Source of the DNA: Felis catus
Lineage: Eukaryota
Length of the DNA: 64,000 nucleotides
Direction of reading: 5' to 3'
NCBI RefSeq assembly: GCF_018350175.1
Contig: NC_058368.1
Span: 22,260,001-22,324,000, forward strand
Shown: positions 12,729 through 25,943 of the stretch, piece by piece
Position numbering within the stretch: position 1 is the first letter of the stretch
Layout: every line of letters starts with the position of its first letter
The notes under the pieces: generated by a model
What the model was told of the DNA's origin: nothing
The model's database searches: none
Seen by the model: only the letters and a program-made list of their open reading frames with translations
Translations under genes and position numbers: made by a program

Positions 12729-13477
12729 CTAAAAGAAACACCAAAAAACAAAATGAGTACAAATTAGTACATTTGTAAAAGATACTGTGATGATCTAATC
12801 TGAGGAACTGATTGTGTTACAGATGTTCTCTGTGACTTAACTCCAGAAAAACTGCACAGAGAATAGATACATATGTATTTATAACCTCACAATCCTTTTA
12901 AATACAAGGAAAGAAAACAAAGCAAGAGGCTACTCAAGTTTTTCTGAACGGCAAACAATCTCTTGTAGCAAGAACGAGCTTAACTTTTATGATCCATTAT
13001 AAAAAAAAAAAAATCACTTTGCCTTTTATCAGAAGGTTTTTATCAGCTTTAAGTTCCTAGGATTGATCCTGTCATTTTCATTAAAACTCATTTTACAATC
13101 TAAAAGTATACTATGTAATACACCAGAGTGAAAGAACCAGGGTGCAGGGAAGAACTCCAAGGGGCACACTGTCTGGATCTTTGCTTCTAGACACAATGTG
13201 CCGTTACCTAAGATAAGACTGCTCATTCATCAATCTGCTAATCTTCAGTGGTGAAAATTTCAGTCTCCCTTAGCATTTTATTCTAGTATTTAATCACTCT
13301 AGAACTCAAGAGTTTCAACCTTGTTTCTACTTGAATTTTCTTTCTACAATTTCAACTTGTTTCCTCTCTTTAGTCCTCACTTTAGATGCAGAACAACCGA
13401 TCACTACTCTCCTTATAACTTCATTCATTTGAAGACAAGTGACTCTAAAACTCCTGTTATAAAAATTAAAAAACCTT

Positions 13478-14082
13478 AGTTTTAAAAAAATGTTTATTTA
13501 TTTATTTTGAGAGAGAGAGAAGGGCAGATGGGGGGGGGGGGGTGGGGAGAGAAAATCCCAAACAGGCTCCTCATTGTTGGCACAGAGCCCAACACAGGGG
13601 GTTGATCTCACAAACCTGTGAGACCATAACCTGAGCTGGTATCAAGAGTTGGATGCCTAAGTGATGGAACTACCCAGGTACCCCAAATAAGCTTGACTTT
13701 TCAAAAAGTTCTCCAGAGAACTGTAATTCTCTGGACTCTATCTAGTTTTTATATAATATTGGCAACCATGTTAATAGCAATCAAAGATGGTCAAATTTTT
13801 AATGAAGAGTCTTTTCTAACATGGAGGTCCCAATTATCTGTGAAACATCAATACAGATCTTATGTTTCAAAATTAAACAATTTTTTTAATGTTTATTTAT
13901 TTTTGAGAGAGAGAATGAAAGCAGGGAAGGGGCAGAAAGAGAGGGAGACACAGAATCTGAAGCAGGCTCCAGGCTCTGAGCTGTCAGCACAGAGCCTGAG
14001 GCGGGGCTTGAACTCACGAGCAGTGAGATCATGACCTGAGCCGAAGTTGGACGCTTAACCGACTGAGCCACCCAGGTGCCCC
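13478..14082 (-). mobile_element. Two CAN-SINEs (13478-13684, 13880-14082)
   Basis: Heads and tails present; the second has TSD ttatgtttcaaaatt. Confidence 0.9.
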
Positions 14083-15172
14083 TTATGTTTCAAAATTTCA
14101 AAAAACTGTATAATTTTTAACTGGTTAACATGACCAGAATTTGCTACGTAAGTTACAGGAGTAGCTCACTGATTGGCACAGCAATGGCACTTATAAATGA
14201 CTACAGCAGGGATGGGGCAGAACTGAAACCCTGGGAAATTCAACTCTTACACAGCAGAGGAAGAGAATCCCAAGATAAAGACTGCAAGTCTCAAAAACAA
14301 GTGTGTGATATAAAAATATACTTCCCCAGAGTTAATGCCTCCAGATTGTTCTAGTCTGTTGCACACTTATTTTCCTTAATTTCTTCTACTTTATTTTGTG
14401 AAGCTTTTCAAGTCAAGGAAATGGATTCTCCTTGAGTCCTTGGGAGAAGCATGCCTATAGTAACACCTTGAATAACCTGTGACCATTTCTCCAAGATAGA
14501 GGGGAATCTATTAAGTGTAAAGTGTTTTACATTATCTCATTTAATCCTTATATCAGCTCTTTACAACAGTTATCCAAACTATACAGAAGAGGAAATGGAG
14601 GTTTTAAACAACCGAAATAAGTAGCCCCAACCATGCTGATTACCATGTATATATAGGGCCATTTCTGAAGAGTACAAGCCTGGGTAACCTGTGTGGGCCA
14701 CAAAGAGGTAGCACTGTTTATATCCTACACAGACCTGCTAGGATACTGTTAAAGACAAATTTCAAAATTCAATTTTATCTTTAGAATAAAGAGCAGTGCC
14801 CTACAGAAATCCCAACCTACATGAAGGTCACTGGGCTGCTACCCTAACTATCCTACCAAAAGGAAAGAACCTTAGCATACTGACAAACAAAATGCTACTC
14901 TGACATGAAATAAAATTAGTCATACTTAATCACACATGAAAATGTATGTAGAACATACTTGTCTGATTTATGTGTGCTAACAGCACTTGAGTACTTCTTC
15001 CTACATAAAGCATCTAATATCCTCAAAAGAACTAAGGACTAACAAGCCCCAAACAAGTAGTACGCTCCAAATTTTCAAAATCTTTCAGAAAGAAAGCTAT
15101 CCCTGAGTTTTACTCTTTGGGTATAAGCAGATAATTAAATAAAGACTAGCAGTTATTTTTCTCTTTGCAAAT

Positions 15173-15837
15173 CAATGGTTGCTATGGTATTCCCTTCTGG
15201 GGGATGTTTATACATTTTGTTGGGGGTGTTTCTGACTATCACAATAAGGGCAGAGGGAGGAAAGGCTGACTTTTAGGACTGGGGATCAAGGATGCTAATG
15301 GTTCTGCACAGCATGGGGCAATACACACAATGAAAAATTGTTCTCTTTCTCTAGGACTTCTCTGAATGTCTTCCTGGACATCCACGTAGGTGAAATATCT
15401 GTTTATAATTATCAGAGCCTAGAACCTAATTTCATTTTACAAGGTATTTTTTTTCTATAGTTTTAAGTTACTGGATTTTGCCAAAATATAACTACTCTGC
15501 AATTTGAGAAAGACTGTACTTAATTTTGTTCAAAAATTTACTAACACTCGTGTATCATTTCAGCAAATCATGTCTCCAATGACAATGCTATATGTGGTAT
15601 TTGAGTTACCAGTTCTATCTGTGGTATATGTTTACTTCATTATATCTCCTTGTGCAGGTGGACCTAAACATTTATATGTTAACATATATATTATTCTATT
15701 AAAATGCAGAGTATTTAATGGAATATTCCTTTAAGCCATCATATTGATATTTTTAAAACTCTGAATCTAGTTATTATAAACCCCATTTTAGGATAAAATT
15801 CAGGATAAAGACATTGGGATGAGCTTGAGAAGCACTG
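15173..15837 (+). mobile_element. hAT-Charlie non-autonomous relic (MER20B-like)
   Basis: caatggttgct... left end and ...cttgagaagcactg right end; MER20-like internal motifs. Confidence 0.5.
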
Positions 15838-16119
15838 CTGAGACTCTTAATGTTATCCCATGTCCAGTACAATAAGGACTGATAATTATATATGAATCTT
15901 TTCTGCTATATTTACATATAGTGAAGAAAAGCCATTAGGAGTATTACTTAAAGATACAACAAATGCCCATTTACTATATGTAAAGAAGAGGAGCAAGTTA
16001 GCTTAGAGTTCTTTTTGTATCAAAAAAAAAAAAAAAAAACAACAACAACTGACATTTAATATTAGTGGGGGTGGGAGGAGTAAACGTCCAGTTGGAAATA
16101 CTCTAAAGAATATTGTTAC

Positions 16120-16258
16120 CTTCCATTGCAAAGTGAGCGAATTTTTGGTCCGATTGGCTATCCTTGGTGGATTAGGTACATCAGGTTCACAGCTTAAGGT
16201 GGTAAAGCTTTCAGCTTCTGAAGGAGTTCCCTTTATAGAATTATATTCTGCCTGGACT
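16120..16258 (-). CDS. FNDC3A: FNDC3A exon (139 nt) VQAEYNSIKGTPSEAESFTTLSCEPDVPNPPRIANRTKNSLTLQWK
   Basis: caccatag|A GTC CAG ... TGG AAG|gtaac; phase 2->0. Confidence 0.96.
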
Positions 16259-16382
16259 CTATGGTGATAAAATATATAGTTTTAACCAGCAGAATCACAG
16301 TATCCTACTTTCAACAGCCATCAACCTTTAAGTACTTGGAAATTAGTAAGGTGCCCTCTAAATATTCTATCAAGAAAACATG

Positions 16383-16722
16383 GGTGGAGTTTCTGGCCGG
16401 CTCAGTTGGTAGCTTGATCTTGGTGGTTTTGAGTTTAGGCCCCATGTTGGGTATAGAGATTACTTTTTTTTTTTTTTGATTTTTTAATGTTTATTTATTT
16501 TTGAGAGACAGACAGACACAGAGCATGAGCAGGGGAGGGGCAGAGAGAGGGAGACACAGAATCTGAAACAGGCTCCAGGCTCTGAGCTGTCAGCACAGAG
16601 CCCAATGCGGGGCTTGAACTCACAAACCGTGAGATCATGACCTGAGCTGAAGTCAGTGCTTAACCGACAGAGCCACCCAGGAGCCCCTTTAATTTTTTTT
16701 TTTAATGTTTGTTTATCTTTGA

Positions 16723-16769
<47 letters not shown>

Positions 16770-16965
16770 TGTGAGCAGGGAAGGGGCAGAGAGAGAGGGA
16801 GACACAGAATCCAAGGCAGGCTCCAGGCTGAGTTGCCAGCACAGAGCCTGATGTGGGGCTCAAACCCATGAATGGTGAGATCATAACCTGAGCTGAAGTT
16901 GGATGCTTAACCAACTCAGCCACCCACACGCCCTGAGATTACTTAAATAAAGTCTTTAAAAAAAA
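16383..16965. mobile_element. Nested SINE cluster: a short + strand SINE interrupted by two - strand CAN-SINEs (16466-16688, 16689-16934)
   Basis: TSD gagattactt at 16456-16465 and 16935-16944 brackets both inner SINEs; (CA)n at ~16724-16766. Confidence 0.9.
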
Positions 16966-17505
16966 AGAAAACACATGCATTAGAAGTAAAGGATGGCCCT
17001 TAAAAAAAAGAAAGATAGGATAGACCCTTGGCTTTCATCTTTTTTTTAATGCAACCCAAAGTAAGAAACACATTTTAAATTGTGACAAAACTGTATGTGT
17101 GATTATGTACTTTCTCATACACATACTTGAAAGGAAAGAGTCCTGAAACAATATCCCTAAGGGTAATATACAGATACTTTCCATTCTATTTGATTATTTC
17201 TTTTAAATAATGCTGAATCTAATCCACAAAATTTCATGATTCAATATGGGTTGCAATCTACAGTTTGAAAAGTACTCAGATGGACAATACTTAGGGTTCA
17301 CCCACAGAAAGTCTAATTAAAGATTTAATTTTATAGTTTAATAGGAATAATCCTAACCACAAATACTTTTTTTTTTAAAACAGAGGTGACTAACCAAGTA
17401 CACATTAATGACTCACAGCTGGGAAGGCTGAAAATGTTGGTAATTTATAATAGAACTACGCAGAATAAAACAGTATTTAAGTTACTTCTTAGTTAAATGT
17501 TGTGA

Positions 17506-17618
17506 ATTTTTTTTTTTTTTAAGATTTTAAGTAATCTCTATACCCAACGCAAGGCTCGAACAACCCCTCCATCAAGAGTCACACACTCCACTCACTGACT
17601 GAGCCAATCAGGCGCCCC
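17506..17618 (-). mobile_element. Short CAN-SINE
   Basis: TSD taaatgttgtgaa on both sides. Confidence 0.85.
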
Positions 17619-18046
17619 TAAATGTTGTGAAATTTTAAGAGTTTTAATATCCCAAACTCTTTCTGGAACAGGATGTAGTAAAAATACATTAAGTACAAGC
17701 CAAATATTATTTATGTTTCTGTTCAGTAAAAATTTCAAAAGCTGGGAGTTTTCCATGTGATAAATTAGATATGTAGACATATTATTATCTATATATTCAT
17801 TCCAATCCAAAAATCTTACAAACAGGATGATTAACCCTTCAATATAACATTCCAATGCAATGTTTTTGGTTTTTGTTTTTTTTTGGAATGTATTAATACT
17901 TGTACCAAAAGAAAAACCAAAGCCAACATATTCCATGTTTTAAATCCAAAATTAGTACTTAAATTATATGCTACGCTTTTAATGAAATCATTTTAAAAAA
18001 CTACCTATACGATATCATATTAGAGCAATACACAGGAGTTCCTTAC

Positions 18047-18106
18047 TTTGCATGGTAATCTGTAGCTGGCTTGAGATCATTTAAAGTGACACTGGTTTCT
18101 TCTCCT
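18047..18106 (-). CDS. FNDC3A: FNDC3A exon (60 nt) GEETSVTLNDLKPATDYHAK
   Basis: tttttcccccag|A GGA GAA ... GCA AA|gtaagg; phase 2->2; FN3 L-x-P-x-T-x-Y motif. Confidence 0.96.
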
Positions 18107-19993
18107 CTGGGGGAAAAAAAGGAACATTTCACTGTCTGATAAATAAGCATTTCCAGAAGATTTACATTATGTGCTACCATTTGTGGTAGTTTATGAAATT
18201 ATACAGCTTTTTACTTTACCAACTATAACCATGTTCAGATTCCACTAGTACAGAATTTGTGTAATAAGGATATGTGCCAAACTTATGTATTTGCATATCA
18301 CTTTAAAACAAAAAGGTGTCCTAGGCAAATCAATTGTGTAAGCCAGACTTTTTTTTTTGAAGTGTAGTCAGGAAAGATATTTAGTTTATTAAAAAAATTA
18401 AAATCAGTACAGTTTCAATTATTTAAAAATCCATTTTGCCCAATTAAAATGTGAAATACCACGTGTGCTCCTGAAAGCAAAACCACCAAATTTTTACAAG
18501 GAGTGTGCCACTACTGCATTTTATTAGAATGTAACATGGAACCTTATTTAAAATTTTATAGTTTAATGAGATTAGAAAAAAGGTGAATAATCTGAAGTAT
18601 AGCATTTTACTCATGGCCACTATTACACTTTCAGGTTTTCAAACTTAATGGCACACATCTTTTTAAAATAATCATTTGATACGATTACTTGTATATGTGG
18701 TCAAAAACCCAGACCATTTTCCATCTTTTTTTTAAAAATCACTATTCTCTGTTCCATTTCCTTCAGCCAAATTTCTCTCCTCTCATTTTATGACACCTCC
18801 TCCATCTTTTCTCAAATCAAAACCAGGAAATATGAGAAAGAAAACCTTTCCCATTGAGGGAAGAACACTTAATGAATTGGGCAGTTTCAGTAGAATCTTC
18901 GGAGAGAGACCTTAATTGGTGCAGAGTAAAGAAGGTGACTAATGTCCCTCTTCTGCTCTCTGATCAGGCTGCAAATGGAAATAAATGCTTCATCTTAGCA
19001 GACAGCTATAACTAACTAGAAGCAGCCATTAACATAAAAAGAAACCTTGATGTTAATGGTCTTTTATCTCTTATTTACCCCATAGGTAACTCTGTCTCCT
19101 TTAAGACATATGAATAGAATAAACACAAGTAAGTCTCAATAGAGAGAAGGAGACAGGACATTTTTCTAACCCTACGTTACTAGATGATAGATACTGGAGC
19201 AGTTTCACTTTCCTTTCTTCCTTACATTAGCTATTTTTTGAAAAGATACCAAGAAGGCTATGTGTCCAGTGTTCTATGTTAATTATCATCATTCAAATGA
19301 CTAACCCTTTTGCAATCTTCCCAGTGCTTAAATTATAATAATCAACTTCACTCTTTACTTTTCCATTAGAATAAGCAATATAAACCATTTCTATTTGACA
19401 AACGGAAATAACTATTTTACAACTGTCAGTCATAAATGTCACATTTTTAGCCAATGACTCTAAGGCTTCTTGGTGTGTAATAAAACTTTTGACCCAAGGA
19501 AATAAAACTTTTGAACCAATCAAAATATGATTATTAACATACCAACATACAAATAAGGAACAATGATACTAACTTCATTTTACAATAGGGCATTAGCTTG
19601 ACATATAAGAATTAAAGCCAACTCCTTGGAGGACAATTACCTGATTTCACAAGTTCACAATCTAAGAGTTCTCCATTTCTGATCTGGGCTTCTACTACTA
19701 CAATTTATACTTTTATCTCAGGAATATGTGAACAGTGAAACATTTATTAGGGAGTCTACTGAAAACTACTAAAGCTGAATGTGGCCAATGAAAGCAATTA
19801 TTCCAAGGGAGTGTAGACAGATGTGTACCAGCTGGCATCTGGATTACATACACTGAAATCAGTATCAATTATCAATTAATAGATTCAAAATGAAAGCATC
19901 AAGAGAGAAAAACAGAACAAAATTAGTATTAAGCTCTTTATATAAACCCCTGGCTTATATAATGGGAGGGAGTAAAACATAACAAATACTTAC

Positions 19994-20151
19994 GCATATA
20001 CACTTTTATATTTCCCATCTTTCCCAGTACTTGAGACCAGAATATCATAACTATAGAGCTCTGGCACAGTAGTCTCATCTGTTTCACCATTTATGAAGCT
20101 GGAAGGAGGTGACCAGGTTAGTACTACTGTCCTTGACTGGATGTCTGAGGC
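19994..20151 (-). CDS. FNDC3A: FNDC3A exon (158 nt) ASDIQSRTVVLTWSPPS...GKYKSVYA (FN3 repeat 1)
   Basis: tttttgcag|GCC TCA ... TAT GC|gtaagt; phase 0->2. Confidence 0.96.
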
Positions 20152-20473
20152 CTGCAAAAACATAATATTTAGAGCTGTCTGAAACAACTGTAATGAGCAC
20201 AAGGAACAATGAAAATCTAATGAGGTTTCAAGATTAAACAAAATATATCTGTATCTACTTATACAAATGGCTCACAAACAGAAGCCTATCCACTTGTAGA
20301 AGAGATATAATTTATTGTGAAAGGGCAAATGGGTTCAATAAAAAAATCCAAGGACCATTATGGGCCATTTAAAACTATTAGTGTAAACACCATACACAAA
20401 AAAGAATGGGGGAAAAAGTCCACTTATAACGTATTTGAAAAGGTTCATTTCCTCAATTTAGAAAGTATCTTAT

Positions 20474-20680
20474 GGGGTACCTGTTTCAGTCTAGTGTCTA
20501 ACTCTTGATTGTGGCTCAGATCATGATCCCAGGGTAGTGGGACTTAGTCTTGTGTCAGGCTCTGTGTGAGCATGGAACTTGAGATCTCTTTCTCTCTCTC
20601 TCCCCCCTGGCCTCCCCCTCTCCCTTTCTGCCCCTCTCCTCTGCTTGTGCTCCCAGCTTTTAATTAAAAAAAAATAAAAA
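20474..20680 (+). mobile_element. CAN-SINE (antisense to FNDC3A)
   Basis: ggggtacctg head, CT-rich region, A tail. Confidence 0.85.
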
Positions 20681-20893
20681 TGAAGTGTCTTACAGTAAGA
20701 AAACAACTCGAGGAAAATGAGCAAAGGATATAAACTGACTAAAGAAATATAATTTGATAATCTAACAAATGATGTGTAAATGCAGTCACAATTAAATAAA
20801 TGTAAATTAAAACAAGATACCACTTTTCATCCAACAGACTAGGAAGATTAAAAAGTTAGTAATATGTCCACTGTGTTAAGGTTTATAGAAATG

Positions 20894-21934
20894 GGTTGAA
20901 GTATATATACAACGTTGTATTAGTTTCAGGTGTACAATACAGTGAGACTGAACAATTCTATACATTTCTTAGTGCTCACCATGGTAAGTGTATACTTTTC
21001 TTTTTTTTTTAAGATTTTATTTTTAAGTAAACTCTAAACCCATTGTGGGGCTTGAATTCACAACCCCAAGATCAAGAGTCACATGCTCCACTGAACTGAG
21101 CCAGCCAAGCACCCCTGATAAATGTATTCTTAATCCCCTTTATCTTTTTCACCCATCCCCACATTAATTTCCCCTCTGGCAACCACCAGTTTGTTCTATG
21201 TATTTAAGAGTCTATTTTTTGGTCTCTTTTCTTGTTTGTTCATCTGTTTTGCCTCTTAAATTCCACATAGGAGTGAAATCATATGATATTTGTCTTTCTC
21301 TGACTCATTTCACTTAGCATTATACTCTCTAGGTCCATCCATGTTGTTGCAAATGGTGAGATTTCATTCTTTTTTATGGCTGAGTAATATTCCATTGTAT
21401 ATATGTTACCTATATACCACGTCTTTATTCATTCATCTATGAATGGATGCTTAGGATTGCTTCCATACTTAGCTATTGTAAGTAATGCTGTAACATAAGA
21501 GTGCATAGGTCTTTTTGAATTAGTGTTGAATTAGTGTTTTTGTTTTCTTTGGGTAAAAACCCAGTAATCGAATTACTGGATCATATAATAGTTATGTTTT
21601 TCATTTTTTGAAGAACCTCCATATTGTTTTTCATAGTGGCTACACCAATTTGCATTCCCACTAAAGTGTATGAGGGTTCCTTTTTCTCCACATCCTTGCC
21701 AACATTTGTTATATTCTTTTTGATTTTAGCCATTCTGACAGGTGTAAAGTGGTATCTCATACTGGTGTAGTCCCAATAGTTTAATTTTGCTTTTGTTTCC
21801 TTGCCTAAGGAGACATATATAGAAAAATGTTCTATGGCCGATGTCAAACAAATTGTTGCCCATGTTTTCTTCTAGGAGTTTTATGTTTTCAGGTCTCAAA
21901 TTTAGACCTTTAATCCATTTTTAGTTTATTTTCA
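20894..21934 (-). mobile_element. 5'-truncated L1 (carnivore/L1MA-like) with a nested short SINE at ~20996-21115
   Basis: ORF2 C-terminal remnants (MRYHFTPVRMAKIK in ORF 21581..21847) and a carnivore-type 3' UTR; internal deletion near 21770. Confidence 0.9.
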
Positions 21935-22279
21935 TGTAATTGCATTCATAATTAAATAAATGCAAATTAAGACAAGGTACCAATTTTCTTCCAACACATT
22001 GGCAAGATTAAAAAGCTAGTAATAACCATTGTGTTAAGGGTTTGGAGAAATGCACACTCTCTTAAATGTAGGTAAGACTATATATTAGAGTATGTATTGG
22101 TATGATCTTTGTGTAGAGCTACTTGGGAACTATCATAAAAATTTGCTTTATAGTTCAAGAATTCCATTCCTGGTAACTTTTTTCAGTAAAATATCCTATG
22201 AACTTACATAAGTACATAAATATATGGAAATCATCTGAAATGAGTCTTCTATTTGTATGCTACTTTAGAGGTAAAATTT

Positions 22280-23420
22280 GCTTTTATATTCATCTCATTT
22301 GATTCTTGCAATTACCCTCTAAGACAAAAAAAGATACATTTTACAGAAGAAACGTATTCAGAAAGATTAGGTGACTTCTTTGAAGTCACTCAACTAGTAG
22401 TGACTAGGACCTGAATAAATCAGTTCTTTTCCCATTACACAATGCCTCCATACTGAACTCACTTCTAGGTAGTAGCTGTTTTCAGCTAAAACAGTAGTTA
22501 GGAAGCTACTGAAATGACAATCCCCTTGTATGGATACTGGGATCAGGAAGTGAGAGAATTATTCTGAAGATAACTCAAAGGTCGAGTCTAAGGAAACCTG
22601 GAGTCATCAGACGTTTCAGTGAACATTAAAAGGAAAAGGAGAGGGATAAAAATTCTGAAAGTAAAAAGGTACTGAATAAAAGGCAATCCATGTCTAATTT
22701 TAAGCATTATTAAAATAGGGGGTGGGAGGGAGGAAAAAAGAAAAAAAAAAGATGTCAGTAGATTTTGACAGAATGAGACTTAAAACAGTTTCAAAGAAGC
22801 CCAATAATAAAGACAAATACTTTCATCTATACAGTTAATTATTTCTAGCACGTGAGGAAATACAATACCATTATACTCCATTTTATGGAAGAAGTAGTTT
22901 CAGAAAGGTTAAGTGACTTGTAGGTCACTCAACCCCTGAATGTGTAGCTGAGGCTGAGATTAGCACCATGTTCTCCCCTACACGCTGCATCTGAGTCACA
23001 CTGAGTGAGCTTTTTTTTGGGGGGGGGGTTCTCAAATGTGCCATGTTCAGTATTTTTCAAACACTGGTCACTTTGCACTACTCTCCCCACACTAATTCCC
23101 ACCTCCACCCATAGCCCACAACATCCAATTACTACTTTTTCTTTAAATTTCAGTTCAATTATTCTTCCTTAGGGAAATTTATTTTCACACCCTGTCAAGG
23201 CCTAGCCCCCCTATTATTGTATTTTCTTGTAGCACTGTATCTCTTTGTTCTGGCACTTCACAGATAGAATTTTATATTTACTGCATGATTTATTCTACTA
23301 ACTGAAGCTCTGACGGCAGGGGCCATACCTATCCTTTGCTTTTCATCCTATCCCCAGCTTTTAGCACAGCATGTGGGATTTTATTACTGGTCAAATATTT
23401 ATGGAATGAGTAAGTGAAAA
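22280..23420. mobile_element. MIR fragments (~22280-22450, ~22870-22990) and an L2 3' fragment (~23040-23420)
   Basis: cattttacagaagaaac...aggttaagtgacttg MIR core; L2-like end aaatatttatggaatgagtaagtgaa. Confidence 0.6.
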
Positions 23421-23466
23421 CTCATTTAGCTTGATGCTCTAAATGAACCAGAGCATGTGAAAACAA

Positions 23467-23468
<2 letters not shown>

Positions 23469-23560
<92 letters not shown>
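23469..23560. repeat. Compound microsatellite (AC)n(TC)n
   Basis: Uninterrupted AC run followed directly by a TC run, about 92 bp in total. Confidence 0.98.
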
Positions 23561-23562
<2 letters not shown>

Positions 23563-24257
23563 GACCTACACCTCACAAGTAATTTAGTAAAGGAGTTATA
23601 GCTACCCAAACTATAAAAACAAACTAAAATAAAACAAAGCAAAACAAAACAATCAGCATTACTTTGTTTTATGACACAGGACTTATTTTACAAAATTACA
23701 TCTTCCTCATAATGCTGGGCAAGAAATTCTTTAAAAGAATTATTCCACAATTTATGGCCTGAAAAATTACACTTTTAATATTATATACTATAACAAGTAA
23801 ATACTGCTGGTATTAGCCAGTATGTCATTCAAATACCAATCCTATTAAGGCTTGCAAATTTCTTTTTTTAGTAAATCTAGTGATATACATAGATCTTGGA
23901 AGGACATTGACTGAATTTCAATACTACTTATTAAACCCGCTCTTGCTTCAGATTCCTCTTCTGTAAAATAGGGAAAATAGTACACAGAAGGTTGTTCTGG
24001 AATTAAAGAAAATAATGGATATGTTTTCGAAGTACTTTGAATAGAGTCTGACACTAGTAAACTTGCATTAGCTATTACTATGGAATAATTTTGCACATGT
24101 TTCTATAATTTACATGTATAAACTCAGTTCTGTTTGAGAGAGAGAGCAAGTGAGGAGAGGAGGGGCAGAGAGAGATGGAGACACAACAGATTCTGCACTG
24201 TCAGAGTGGAGCTCATTTTTTAATGGGCTTAAAAAATTCAATTTGTATGAGCATTTA

Positions 24258-24806
24258 TTTATCCAAGGGATACAGGAGTACTGATGCATAGGGGCATTTG
24301 TACCCCAATGTTCATAGCAGCACTCTCAACAATAGCCAAATTATGGAAAGAGCCTAAATGTCCATCAACTGATGAATGGATAAAGAAATTGTGGTTTATA
24401 TACACAATGGAATACTACGTGGCAATGAGAAAAAATGAAATATGGCCTTTTGTAGCAACGTGGATGGAACTGGAGAGTGTGATGCTAAGTGAAATAAGCC
24501 ATACAGAGAAAGCCAGATACCATATGGTTTCACTCTTATGTGGATCCTGAGAAACTTAACAGGAACCCATGGGGGAGGGGGAAAAAGAAAAAAAAAAAAA
24601 AAAAAAGAGGTTAGAGTGGGAGAGAGCCAAAGCATAAGAGACTGTTAAAAACTGAGAACAAACTGAGGGTTGATGGGGGGTGGGAGGGAGGAGAGGGTGG
24701 GTGATGGGTATTGAGGAGGGCACCTTTTGGGATGAGCACTGGGTGTTGTATGGAAACCAATTTGACAATAAATTTCATATATTAAAAAATAAATAAATAA
24801 ATAAAA
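24258..24806 (+). mobile_element. Young felid L1 3' end (ORF2 C-terminus, 3' UTR and poly-A), antisense to FNDC3A
   Basis: Uninterrupted ORF 24284..24550 CTPMFIAALSTIAKLWKEPKCPSTDEWIKKLW...; G-rich 3' UTR; aataaa followed by an A-rich tail. Confidence 0.95.
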
Positions 24807-25188
24807 TTAATCTTATGTCAAATCTGATGTAAATATATTTCCTATTAGGAATGATAGCCTTTACTTAGGCTATTTAAAAAACAAGCAGAAAATTTTACGT
24901 AGCCAGTTTTACTGCCATACCTTTTGCTGATTTTCTGATTTCTGCTGTTACATCTATACTTATAAGGGCTAGGGAATATTAACTTTCTTCTATAGTTTAA
25001 TTCTTTTTACATCTAGAGTTAACTGAATACATTTCACATGGAAATAGTATAAACAGATTTTTAGAAAACTGATGATCAGTGGTACTCACATTATTTATTA
25101 CATCCTTGTCTCTTCCAATGATTTTCAACGTCATTGCTTAATGACACATGAAGCATATATTAAATCCTAGTTTAAAAAATGAATTCTT

Positions 25189-25787
25189 GGGGGTGCCTGG
25201 GTGGCTTAGTCAGTTGAGGGTCCGACTTCGGCTCAGGTCGTGATCTCACGGTTGTCGTGAGTTTGAGCCCTGCACTGGGCTTGCTGGTGTCAGCCTGTCA
25301 GCAACAGAGCCTGCTTCGGATCCTCTCTCTGACCCTCCCCTGCTCACGCTCTCTCAAAAAATAAAAAAAAAACATAAAAGAAATGAATTCTTGACTGACT
25401 ATTCTGCTTCACTGATCAATAGATCTCTCCTTATATGAGATCTACACTAATCCATTATTGATATCACATTACTTATAATACAGCTTTTTAAAAAAAATTA
25501 TTTATTAAATTTATTTACTTATTTTTCAGAGATTGAGAGAGAGCGAGCAAGCAGGGGAGGGGCAGGAAGAGAGGGAGACAGAATCCCAGGCAGGGTCTGC
25601 ACTGTCTGCATGGAGCTGCATGTGGGGCTCGAACTCATGAACTGTGAGATCATGACCTGAGTCAAAACCAAGAGTCAGACGCTTAAGCAACTGAGCCACC
25701 CAGGCACCCTAAATTTTTATTTAAGTAATTTCTACACCCAATTTGGGGCTCGAACTCACGGCTCACGATCAAGAGTCACGTGTACCT
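25189..25787. mobile_element. CAN-SINEs: 25189-25380 (+), 25495-25710 (-) and a short one at 25713-25787 (-)
   Basis: The first has TSD aaatgaattctt; heads and tails are visible. Confidence 0.9.
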
Positions 25788-25884
25788 CTAATATGGTTTT
25801 AAGAAAGGACTTAATTAAAATATACCAAAATCCTATGTGAATAATACTAAATATAAATGTCAAGAAAATACATACAATACTTAC

Positions 25885-25943
25885 CACTGGTTTGACAATG
25901 TTGGAAAGAAGTGCTTCAAAAGCTTTAGTTTCTTCATCTTTCT
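25885..25943 (-). CDS. FNDC3A: FNDC3A exon (59 nt) EKDEETKAFEALLSNIVKPV
   Basis: T14-aag|AG AAA GAT ... CCA GTG|gtaagt; phase 1->0. Confidence 0.95.

Noticed and set aside
24284..24550. 88-aa ORF as an independent gene
   Set aside because: It is the C-terminal region of L1 ORF2 in a 5'-truncated copy
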